Shown: positions 1 through 7,557 of the stretch, in pieces
Position numbering within the stretch: the stretch's first letter is position 1
Layout: each line of letters starts with the position of its first letter
Source: a virus
Virus genome (UHGV): UHGV-1724002
Reading direction: 5' to 3' (one strand)
DNA: 10,324 nt
The notes under the pieces: model-generated
The model's database searches: none
What the model was told of the DNA's origin: nothing
What the model saw: the letters and a program-made list of their open reading frames with translations, nothing else
Translations under genes and position numbers: made by a program

Positions 1-663
1 CTTGCCGTACCCCTGGTAGTTTTACGCCATTCCCTGAACTGTGTTCTGAATGCCGAAGCTGCGTTTTTCTTCCCGGCTTTCCGCATGCCTGCACACCAGA
101 ATATTTCCTCGAATGCCTTGTCGGTTTCTTCGTGACGGTCATGTGATTTTTCACACTCCGTCCGAACACTTTCGGACATAGTGTTTTTATTATTTCTTTT
201 TTCTTTGTAATAGTTTCTTTTGTGTGTCCCTGTTTTGGTGACAGCGCTGTCACCGTTTTGGTGACACTTTTTGTCACCAATGCAGTGACATTATCACCAG
301 AGTAGTGACACCCTTCTATTTGCCATTCCTCGATGTTCTTGTTAGGCCCGATTTGCTGGCCTTCGCGAAGGATAACCTTCATCGCGATAAGCTCATTCTT
401 GGCCTTGTTTACCTTCTGTCTTGGCAGCCTGGTAATTTGAGCTAACTGACTATCAGAGATGCGATCCATCTTTTTACCGTAGCCGTATGTTTTACGGCAT
501 ATGGCGTGGGCAACCTTGCTCTGATTTTCGTTAAATCTGCGCCGATAAGCTCTTCATACAGGGCATTTGCAAGACGGGTATAACCATCTTCAACTTCTGC
601 CACACGACGCTCCACAGGCCGTTGTGAAGGCCTTAAATGTGTTACGGTTGCAAGATTACTCAT
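1..663 (-). CDS. O: Replication initiator, lambda O family (5' partial at window edge; apparent -1 frameshifts near 525-528 and in the AT-rich stretch ~184-202)
   Basis: N-terminus from ATG 663 reads ...VAEVEDGYTRLANALYEELIGADLTK, matching lambda O (..VADLDDGYARLSNMLLEAYSGADLTK..). After the T4 run at 525-528 the -1 frame continues with lambda-O-like ..CRKTYGYGKKMDRISDSQLAQITRLP..GPNKNIEEW... SD gaaggagaaagg precedes the ATG. Iterons and AT-rich region lie inside the gene as in lambda. Confidence 0.65.
183..310. repeat. Putative replication origin: about four dyad-symmetric iterons built on GGTGACA/TGTCACC (233-310) beside an AT-rich stretch (183-229)
   Basis: Direct reading: GGTGACAgcgcTGTCACC (237-254), GGTGACActtttTGTCACC (259-277), GTGACAttaTCACC, GTGACAcc at roughly 20-bp spacing, then a T/A-rich tract. 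The layout mirrors lambda ori inside O. Confidence 0.55.
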
Positions 664-682
664 GACCTTTCTCCTTCTGTCA

Positions 683-802
683 TCAGCTCACTTTTTCCAA
701 CTCAGCCCGGAATCGACCAGGCTGCTTGAAGCTGGACAGGAAGCGATCACGTAGTATGTGTTTGTGAATTTTGTCCTGGTAAGGACTGAGTTGTTTTGTC
801 AT
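683..802 (-). CDS. Hypothetical 39-aa protein between cII-like and O-like genes
   Basis: ATG at 802-800 preceded by SD caggag at 5-nt spacing; translation [39 protein letters not shown]; stop at 685-683. No homology recognised. Confidence 0.3.
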   Translation of the reverse strand: MTKQLSPYQDKIHKHILRDRFLSSFKQPGRFRAELEKVS

Positions 803-834
803 AATGACTCCTGTTGATAGATCCAGTAATGACC

Positions 835-1130
835 TCAGAATTGCATATCAATTTGCTTAAAATCCTCGGTGGCGGCCGGGGATTTTTCTTTGTGATTTCA
901 TCAAGCGCATACTTAAAAGCCCTGCTAATCGGACTGATGTCTGATGCCATTCCGAAAGCACACAAGACCGAAGCAATAAATCTCCAGTCCGTTCTGCTTA
1001 TCTTCGATTCATGACAGCCAATCATCTTTGCCAGACCGCGCTGGGTAAGCGTTGACAGGTTGATGAGTAAATCAGTTTCAGCGCGATCAATTTCTCGCTG
1101 TGTTGGCTTGCTATAACTTGCTTGTGTCAT
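835..1130 (-). CDS. cII: CII-like transcriptional activator (apparent -1 frameshift at T5 run 883-887; reconstructed length about 98 aa)
   Basis: Position right after cro/nutR. HTH region ..[32 protein letters not shown] resembles lambda CII ..ESALLNKIAMLGTEKTAEAVGVDKSQISRWKRDW. In the -1 frame after the run the C-terminus reads [15 protein letters not shown], against lambda ..RPAATERSEQIQMEF*. The track ORF 747..1130 is the unshifted read-through. Confidence 0.65.
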
Positions 1131-1214
1131 TTGTTAATTTTCCAATAGTGAATAGTTAGTTGAAAGGTATGCGTGGAAACGCATATGGCCTTAGTTGGTC
1201 AGATATCTTGGGGC

Positions 1215-1260
1215 TCGCTTTGTCAGCGACGTAGGACGAATGTCCATTGTGAAAAGAGCG
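1215..1260 (-). promoter_or_regulatory. nutR-like site: boxA-like CGCTCTTTT (1260-1252) and boxB-like hairpin UCGCU-GACAA-AGCGA (1229-1215)
   Basis: Read on the minus strand immediately downstream of the cro stop. boxA resembles lambdoid CGCTCTT(T/A)A. boxB is a 5-bp stem with GACAA pentaloop, which I recall as the P22 type, not the lambda GAAAA/GAAGA type. Confidence 0.45.
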
Positions 1261-1267
1261 GTGTTAC

Positions 1268-1477
<210 letters not shown>

Positions 1478-1494
1478 TTAGTACATGCAACCAT

Positions 1495-1561
1495 TATCAC
1501 GCTAGAGGTAAAATAGTCAACACGCACGGTGTTAGATATTTATCCCTTGCGGTGATAGATT
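1495..1561. promoter_or_regulatory. Right operator region: OR1 (1495-1510, 16 bp, atypical), OR2 (1518-1534), OR3 (1541-1557), with PR (-10 rc 1494-1499, -35 rc 1515-1520, leftward) and PRM (-35 1533-1538, -10 1556-1561, rightward, leaderless cI)
   Basis: OR2 CAACACGCACGGTGTTA and OR3 TATCCCTTGCGGTGATA match lambda exactly. OR1 reads TATCACGCTAGAGGTA against lambda TATCACCGCCAGAGGTA. Confidence 0.9.
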
Positions 1562-1564
1562 TAA

Positions 1565-2281
<717 letters not shown>

Positions 2282-2367
2282 GTCCGCAGCAAGAGACTTT
2301 ATACGCATCTAGATGTAGGAAATAAAAAAGAAGATCCCTACAATAAAAATAAGGAAATCATTAAGAT

Positions 2368-3273
2368 ATGTCGATTAACAGCAATAGCGAATCCCTGCAT
2401 CAAATGCAGCTTTTCCCTGTAGTAGAGGTTGTTTCTGATGATATTCCTATGGGCGTTCTCAATGATGGAACTCCTTACCTAACTCTCTACGGTCTCGCAA
2501 AGTTATGCGGCATTGATGACACGCCACTGAGGGTGTTCACATCAAACTGGAACACAGAGAAAAACAAACCCAGAGGTCAAAAAGTAGCTGCGTATTTAGC
2601 TGAGAAAGGGTTTCATAACGTCGAAAAGCTATACACTCGCGTTTTAAATAGCTCAAACGTGGAAACTCATGCTTATCCTGACTATGTTTGCATGGCTATC
2701 CTCCGTTACTACGCTCTAGATGCCACCAATTTTGATAGGTCAGTCGCAATAGGTAATTTTGTTCGCTTGGCTGAGTACACGCTTAAGCGAATGATTTATG
2801 AAAAGTCAAATTACAACCCAAATGCTTCAATAGATATCTCATTCGAGAACTATAGAGCAAGGATTAAGCTAAACGATCAGATACCGACAACTCATTTTGC
2901 AGTATTCAGAGAGATAGCTGACATTGCCATGAACCTGATCGGAGGAGGATTCCCAATGGATGACACCACATCTTTGGATGGAAGTGTTGGAATTCACTGG
3001 GGAAAGTATTGGACAGCTAATGGGCTATCTGAGAAATTCGGGGAAAGGGTGCAGTACCCACATTTATTCCCCGAAAATTACAGGCAGTCAGCTGCAAATA
3101 AGCATATAACAGCTTGGATTTATCCTATTGAGGCACTTGGCGTGTTCAGAAAATGGCTACACGATAATTACGCAATGGAAAAACTGCCAAATTACCTTGG
3201 GAACAAAAAGATTAGTAACGCCTCCGAGCTATTAGAGTCGATAAAAAAACCAGCACTCCCAAATAAGCATTGA
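2368..3273 (+). CDS. Hypothetical 301-aa protein in the rexAB-equivalent slot; possible KilA-N-like N-terminal domain; candidate BstA-like abortive-infection/exclusion protein
   Basis: Single uninterrupted ORF between cI and the tIMM-like terminator, same strand as cI, AT-rich by eye, SD aagga upstream. N-terminal segments DGTPYLTLYGLAKLCGIDD and ..THAYPDYVCMAILRYY resemble the KilA-N/APSES pattern from memory. Not search-verified. Confidence 0.8.
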   Translation: MSINSNSESLHQMQLFPVVEVVSDDIPMGVLNDGTPYLTLYGLAKLCGIDDTPLRVFTSNWNTEKNKPRGQKVAAYLAEKGFHNVEKLYTRVLNSSNVETHAYPDYVCMAILRYYALDATNFDRSVAIGNFVRLAEYTLKRMIYEKSNYNPNASIDISFENYRARIKLNDQIPTTHFAVFREIADIAMNLIGGGFPMDDTTSLDGSVGIHWGKYWTANGLSEKFGERVQYPHLFPENYRQSAANKHITAWIYPIEALGVFRKWLHDNYAMEKLPNYLGNKKISNASELLESIKKPALPNKH

Positions 3274-3284
3274 TCTCCACCACA

Positions 3285-3310
3285 ACCCGGCATCTGCGCC
3301 GGGTTTTCTT
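3285..3310 (+). terminator. Intrinsic terminator (tIMM-like) ending the cI/cargo-gene operon
   Basis: Hairpin ACCCGGC-atctgc-GCCGGGT (3285-3304) followed by TTTTCTTT; flanking sequence resembles the lambda tIMM/OL-proximal region. Confidence 0.6.
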
Positions 3311-3461
3311 TGCCTAACGCCCCCAAAAAACGCATAACCAATTGTATTTATTTCAAAATTAATAGATACAACTCACTAAACATCGCAATTCAGATCTCTC
3401 GATCACCTTCCCAATCCACACAACCCTGCAAAAAATAAATCTATATAAAAAACATACAGAT

Positions 3462-3531
3462 AACCATCTGCGGTGATAAATTATCTCTGGCGGTGTTGAC
3501 ATAAATACCACTGGCGGTGATACTAAGCACA
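3462..3531 (+). promoter_or_regulatory. Left operator region OL3 (3462-3478), OL2 (3482-3498), OL1 (3506-3522) and PL promoter (-35 TTGACA 3496-3501, -10 GATACT 3519-3524, start near 3531)
   Basis: Near-identical to lambda OL/PL: TATCTCTGGCGGTGTTGACATAAATACCACTGGCGGTGATACT. Confidence 0.92.
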
Positions 3532-3563
3532 TCAGCAGGACGCACTGACCACCATGAAGGTGA

Positions 3564-3594
3564 CGCTCTTAAAAATTAAGCCCTGAAGAAGGGT
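3564..3594 (+). promoter_or_regulatory. nutL: boxA CGCTCTTAA (3564-3572) and boxB GCCCUGAAGAAGGGU (3580-3594)
   Basis: Matches lambda nutL except the last boxB stem base is T where lambda has C, giving a G-U closing pair. Confidence 0.85.
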
Positions 3595-3752
3595 AGCATT
3601 CAAAGCAGAAGGCTTTGGTGTGTGTGATACGAAACGAAGCATTGGCCGGAAGTGCGAATCCGGATTAGCTGCCAATGTGCCAATCGCGGGGTGTTTTCGT
3701 TCAGGACTACGACTCCCACACACAACCAAAGCTAACTGACAGGAGAATCCAG

Positions 3753-4079
3753 ATGGATGCACAAACACGCCGCCGCGAACGTCGCGCAGAGAAACAGGCT
3801 CAATGGAAAGCAGCAAATCCCCTGTTGGTTGGGGTAAGCGCAAAACCAGTTAACCGCCCTATTCTCTCGCTGAATCGCAAACCGAAATCACGAGTAGAAA
3901 GCGCACTGAATCCGATAGACCTTACAGTGCTGGCTGAATACCACGAACAGATTGAAAGCAACCTGCAACGTATTGAGCGCAAGAATCAGCGCACATGGTA
4001 CAGCAAGCCACGTAGTGAAATGGGGTTGACTTGTGTTGGTCGCCAGAAAATGAAATTAGGCTGCAAACCACTTATTTGA
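3753..4079 (+). CDS. N: Antitermination protein N
   Basis: MDAQTRRRERRAEKQAQWKAANPLLVGVSAKPVNRPILSLNRKP.. matches lambda N including the arginine-rich motif; SD aggaga before ATG 3753. The track ORF from 3675 is an upstream in-frame extension through nutL. Confidence 0.95.
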   Translation: MDAQTRRRERRAEKQAQWKAANPLLVGVSAKPVNRPILSLNRKPKSRVESALNPIDLTVLAEYHEQIESNLQRIERKNQRTWYSKPRSEMGLTCVGRQKMKLGCKPLI

Positions 4080-4087
4080 GGTGATAT

Positions 4088-4351
4088 ATGGACAAGAAAA
4101 TTAAATCATTGAAGCCAGGAATTGTTATCAGAGACATAAGTGGTGATTACGATACAGAGACATATGATATTTTATATGTGCATGCAGATGGAAAATGTCA
4201 GTATTCGAACGACATTTTTAATAATAAAGGTGGTGCCGAAATTGCTGCCACCACAGTTAATAAAGAGTTAGTAGCTAACGAGTCGTGGGATTATTTTATG
4301 CCATCATCCACTTCTATGAACTGGAAAGTGGTTTTGTACATTCCATCATAA
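4088..4351 (+). CDS. Hypothetical 87-aa protein (AT-rich moron directly downstream of N)
   Basis: SD gaggtga before the ATG; the start lies 8 nt after the N stop; followed by an intrinsic terminator. No homology to lambda Ral or SieB recognised. Confidence 0.7.
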   Translation: MDKKIKSLKPGIVIRDISGDYDTETYDILYVHADGKCQYSNDIFNNKGGAEIAATTVNKELVANESWDYFMPSSTSMNWKVVLYIPS

Positions 4352-4392
4352 TTGTAGCTGCCGTTCAAAAATGAAAGTAAATCTAACATCAC

Positions 4393-4418
4393 AGGCCGCA
4401 TAGTCGGCCTTCTTTTGG
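4393..4418 (+). terminator. Intrinsic terminator
   Basis: Hairpin AGGCCG-catagt-CGGCCT followed by TCTTTTGG. Confidence 0.6.
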
Positions 4419-4512
4419 CATAAACAACAGAGGCTAACATGGAATTTAAAGGTACTAGGAAAAATTGGCGAGAAGCCAATTTGCAGGCTTAATTTTATTT
4501 TCACACCCGGGA

Positions 4513-4695
4513 ATGGCCCTATCCGGTAAAGAAACAGAAGAGGCCGTAGCAAATGGAAGGTTGGCTATGGCTGCACCGGATTTACTTGAAGCACTTCAGT
4601 TATTACTTAAGCAAGCCGAAAATAGAACAACGACAACATATCCAGAATGGTATGGAGCTGTTAATAAGGCTCGCGAAGCTATCAAAAAAGCCTAG
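4513..4695 (+). CDS. Hypothetical small protein (start uncertain; alternative ATG at 4567)
   Basis: The track ORF begins at TTG 4465. The first in-frame ATG is 4513; ATG 4567 has the better SD (ggaagg). Product ..MAAPDLLEALQLLLKQAENRTTTTYPEWYGAVNKAREAIKKA. Confidence 0.4.
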   Translation: MALSGKETEEAVANGRLAMAAPDLLEALQLLLKQAENRTTTTYPEWYGAVNKAREAIKKA

Positions 4696-4705
4696 GTGAT
4701 GAGTA

Positions 4706-4864
4706 ATGAATAAGAGATACATCGTTGAAGTTATAGAGCGAGAAACAAAAGAAGTAATTAAACATTTCGAATTTGATAATTATAGAAAAGCTGACCGAGT
4801 AGAAGAAGGATTGTTGCGACAAAGTAATCTCGAAAAATTTGATGTTGTCATGCGATGCGAATAA
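4706..4864 (+). CDS. Hypothetical 52-aa protein
   Basis: ATG 4706 with SD aggtga about 7 nt upstream; MNKRYIVEVIERETKEVIKHFEFDNYRKADRVEEGLLRQSNLEKFDVVMRCE; below the track length cutoff. Confidence 0.45.
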   Translation: MNKRYIVEVIERETKEVIKHFEFDNYRKADRVEEGLLRQSNLEKFDVVMRCE

Positions 4865-4957
4865 GCGCCTATAGCAGATTTACGAGTCTGCTATGTGAGC
4901 AATGTCGCTCGTAACTAAACAGGAGCCGACTTGTTCTGATTATTGGAAATCTTCTTT

Positions 4958-4984
4958 GCCCTCCAGTGTGAGGGCAATTTTTTT
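4958..4984 (+). terminator. Intrinsic terminator
   Basis: Hairpin GCCCTC-cagtgt-GAGGGC followed by a T7 run (4978-4984), immediately upstream of the SD/ATG at 4997. Confidence 0.65.
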
Positions 4985-4996
4985 GATGGAGGATAT

Positions 4997-5964
4997 ATGA
5001 GTGAAGTAACAGACTTAGTTGTTATTGAAAAAGCAAATGCAATGACTGTATTTCAGTCTGCAGACCAGATTGAAGAAATTCTCCAAAAGGTTGAACGTGA
5101 AGTTATGTCCTTTGTGCCTGATATCACAACGGCAAAGGGCAGAAAGGAGATCGCTTCTCTGGCGTATAAGTTGCGCAGACGAAAACATATCTCGATGGTC
5201 TTGGCAAAGACCTTGTTGCTGAACTGAAGGAAATTCCAAAGCTAATTGATGCCAACCGCAAGACAGTGCGCGATCGCCTTGATGAACTGAAAGCCAAGGC
5301 TCGCCAGCCTCTTACTGATTATGAGGAGGAACAGGCACGGATTAAAGCCGAAGAAGAAGCTAAGGCAGCAGCTGAAGCTCTCGCAAAGCAAATTGAGTCT
5401 GACCATGAAATAGCGATTTTGATGGATCGCGAATTTGACCGCCAAAGAGAAGAGGCAAGACTCAAAGCGGAGCAGGAAAAGCGAGAGCATGAAGAACGCT
5501 TAAAAAGAGAAGCTGAAGAGAAAGCCAGAGCAGAAGCCGAAGCAAAGGCAAAAGCCGAAATTGAAGCAGCAGCAAGGCGAGAAGCAGAAGCTAAGGCCGC
5601 AGCGGAGCGTGCAGAGCGTGAGCGCATTGAAGCCGAGCAACGAGCACAGCGCGAAGCAAAAGAGGAAGCAGAACGAGCTGAAAGAGAAAAGCAGGCAGCA
5701 ATTGAAGCAGAACGCAGAAAAGCACAGGAGGAGGCTGAACGAATCCGTCGCGAGGCTGAAGCAAAAGAGCAAGCCAGAATAGCAGAAGAAAAAAGAATCA
5801 AGGACGAAGAAGAGCGTAGAGCAAAGGATAAAGCTCACCGGAAAGAAGTAAATAACAAAATACTTGCTGACCTTATCAAGGTTGGCGCATCAGAAGATGT
5901 TGCTAAAAATATCATAACAGCCATCGTAAAAGGCGAAGTATTCGCAACAAAAATAACCTACTAA
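4997..5964 (+). CDS. Highly charged coiled-coil protein (E/A/R/K-rich) with short N- and C-terminal domains; apparent -1 frameshift near the A4 run 5182-5185
   Basis: SD ggagga before ATG 4997. N-terminal frame ..KEIASLAYKLRRRK stops at 5227 while the -1 frame is open from 5170 and continues ..TYLDGLGKDLVAELKEIPKL.. into a long EAEAKAKAE-type repeat region, ending ..NNKILADLIKVGASEDVAKNIITAIVKGEVFATKITY. Confidence 0.6.
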
Positions 5965-5988
5965 TAAAACCAACATAAGGAACCACCC

Positions 5989-6120
5989 ATGATTTACGCA
6001 ATCGCGGGAGGCGCTCGCATGGGTGCCTTCCAACTAAATGAATCTTTACTTGAACGAATCACCCGTAAATTACGTGACGGATGGAAAAGAGTTGAGGTCT
6101 TATTATGCGCAATGAAATAG
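5989..6120 (+). CDS. cIII: CIII-like protease-inhibitor protein (43 aa, divergent C-terminus)
   Basis: MIYAIAGGARMGAFQLNESLLERITRKLRDGWKR.. against lambda CIII MQYAIAGWPVAGCPSESLLERITRKLRDGWKR..; SD aagga upstream. Confidence 0.75.
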   Translation: MIYAIAGGARMGAFQLNESLLERITRKLRDGWKRVEVLLCAMK

Positions 6121-6257
6121 CCATCAATCACCAGATGCTTCGTGCAGCACAAAACAAAGCAGTAATAGCCAGATTTATTGGTGATTCAAAAATGTGGCTT
6201 GAAGCAAATAAAGCGATGAAATCAGCTATCAACCTTCCGTGGTATCGCAGGAAATGA
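6105..6257 (+). CDS. kil: Kil-like host division inhibitor (start may be the internal ATG)
   Basis: ..AVIARFIGDSKMWLEANKAMKS.. resembles lambda Kil ..ATFIGDEKM.. from memory; sits immediately after cIII as in lambda. Confidence 0.55.
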   Translation: MRNEIAINHQMLRAAQNKAVIARFIGDSKMWLEANKAMKSAINLPWYRRK

Positions 6258-6361
6258 GTTTTACAGATAACTGGTCAGACGAAGAATTCATTCGTCAGAT
6301 GAACAAAATGCTCAATCAGCACAAAGAACAGGAGAAAGATGATGATTCTGACTCTGAATGA
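6254..6361 (+). CDS. Hypothetical 35-aa acidic protein
   Basis: ATGA overlap with the kil stop; MSFTDNWSDEEFIRQMNKMLNQHKEQEKDDDSDSE; weak evidence only. Confidence 0.3.
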   Translation: MSFTDNWSDEEFIRQMNKMLNQHKEQEKDDDSDSE

Positions 6362-6650
6362 TAAGCGTGAAATATCGCAAATAATCGCAAGTTTTACTGA
6401 TGAAGATTACGAGCGAATCAACAGTGAAGTTGATCGCCTCTGCAAACGTTGCGACCCAATAAGCGAAATGCTTCGCTCATATAAACCAGATGAACACACT
6501 AAGGACGCTATCGACTGGCTGGAAGATGATGACTGTAACTATCAGGAAAAAGCCGCTGAATGGTTCTGGGATGCAATAACCGAAAGAGTTAAGGCTGAAT
6601 ATGCCTTCGCAATATTCAAACGCAGACACATTTTTGGAGAAGCAGCATGA
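6339..6650 (+). CDS. Hypothetical 103-aa protein immediately upstream of recT (occupies the lambda gam position)
   Basis: SD aggag before the tandem ATGs at 6339/6342; its stop overlaps the recT start (ATGA). No homology to lambda Gam recognised. Confidence 0.6.
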   Translation: MMILTLNDKREISQIIASFTDEDYERINSEVDRLCKRCDPISEMLRSYKPDEHTKDAIDWLEDDDCNYQEKAAEWFWDAITERVKAEYAFAIFKRRHIFGEAA

Positions 6651-7557
6651 GCAATATCGTTGAATTCGTTAAACAGCAGGAGCAGTTATTCTGCGGAGCA
6701 TTGACTGAACAGACGGTGACATGGGCTAAGGAAAGCCAGTTTGCAATTCAGTATTTCCAGAAAAATGATTACCTGGCTAAAACAGCACTGGCAAATCCAA
6801 CCAGCGCACAGAACGCCATCATCAATGTTGCGGCGATCGGTATCACCTTAAACCCGGCTAGCAAACTGGCTTATCTGGTTCCGCGCGACGGCATGGTTTG
6901 CCTTGATATCAGCTATATGGGATTGCTACATATTGCAATGGAGTCTGGTGTTATCTCATGGGGTCAGGCAAAGCTTGTTCATGCTAACGATACTTATGAG
7001 TCAAACGGACTTGATAAAGCACCAACCATAAATACAACGCCTTCGGTGATCGTGGCGATATCGTTGGTGTTTACTGCACAGTTAAGACGCCAGCAGGTGA
7101 TTATCTAACGGAAGAGATGAGTCTGGCTGAAATTGAGGCTGTAAGGAAAACAAGCAAGGCGGCATTCAGCGATAAAGGACCATGGGTAAATCACTGGAAT
7201 GAGATGGCGCGAAAGACGGTCGTAAAGCGTGCAAGCAAGTATTGGCCTAAGGCATCACGTCTTGATAGTGCTATTCACGTACTAAACGAAGAAGAAGGTG
7301 TATGGACTGAACCAGTTATGCCGCACAAATCAGAGGAAGATATCCGCGAAGATGAACGGAAACGCCAGCAGGAAATAACGGATAAAGCACAACTTCTTTG
7401 TGATGAAATGGCTCAGGCTGAAAACATGGATGATTTGAAGAGATATTTTGCAGAAGCATATCGCCTGACATCTGGAATGAAATTGCAGCAAAACGTACAA
7501 GCCATTTACGCAGAATGCAAAGCGAAACTGGAGGTTGCCAGTGAGCAAACTGTATGA
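6647..7557 (+). CDS. recT: RecT-family single-strand annealing recombinase (apparent -1 frameshift near 7016-7030)
   Basis: Downstream half contains ..GPWVNHWNEMARKTVVKRASKYWP.., matching the RecT motif GPWVTHWEEMAKKTAIRRLFKYLP. The upstream ORF frame stops at 7108; the -1 frame is open from 7018 and reads ..HKYNAFGDRGDIVGVYCTVKTPAGDYLTEEMSLAEIEAVRK.., joining the two track ORFs 6647..7108 and 7117..7557. Confidence 0.8.

Noticed and set aside
814-1014. Plus-strand 66-aa ORF inside the cII-like gene
   Set aside because: Antisense to the cII-like coding sequence, with no independent support.
3675-3752. N-terminal 26-aa extension of the N ORF in the track (start 3675)
   Set aside because: The extension runs through nutL boxA/boxB; the lambda N start (MDAQTRRRERR) with SD aggaga is at 3753.
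3532-3982. Minus-strand ORFs 3532..3843 and 3800..3982 across nutL and N
   Set aside because: They overlap the conserved nutL site and the N gene on the opposite strand; the N identification is unambiguous.
4943-4996. Upstream start (4943) of the 94-aa track ORF
   Set aside because: This stretch contains the intrinsic terminator hairpin and T-run; the SD-preceded ATG at 4997 is the more plausible start.
5319-5838. Minus-strand ORFs 5319..5801 (160 aa) and 5500..5838 (112 aa), plus 5015..5239 and 5242..5490
   Set aside because: Low-complexity Ser/Ala/Cys/Phe-rich translations of the antisense strand of the purine-rich coiled-coil repeat region; no SD, fully nested in a plus-strand gene.
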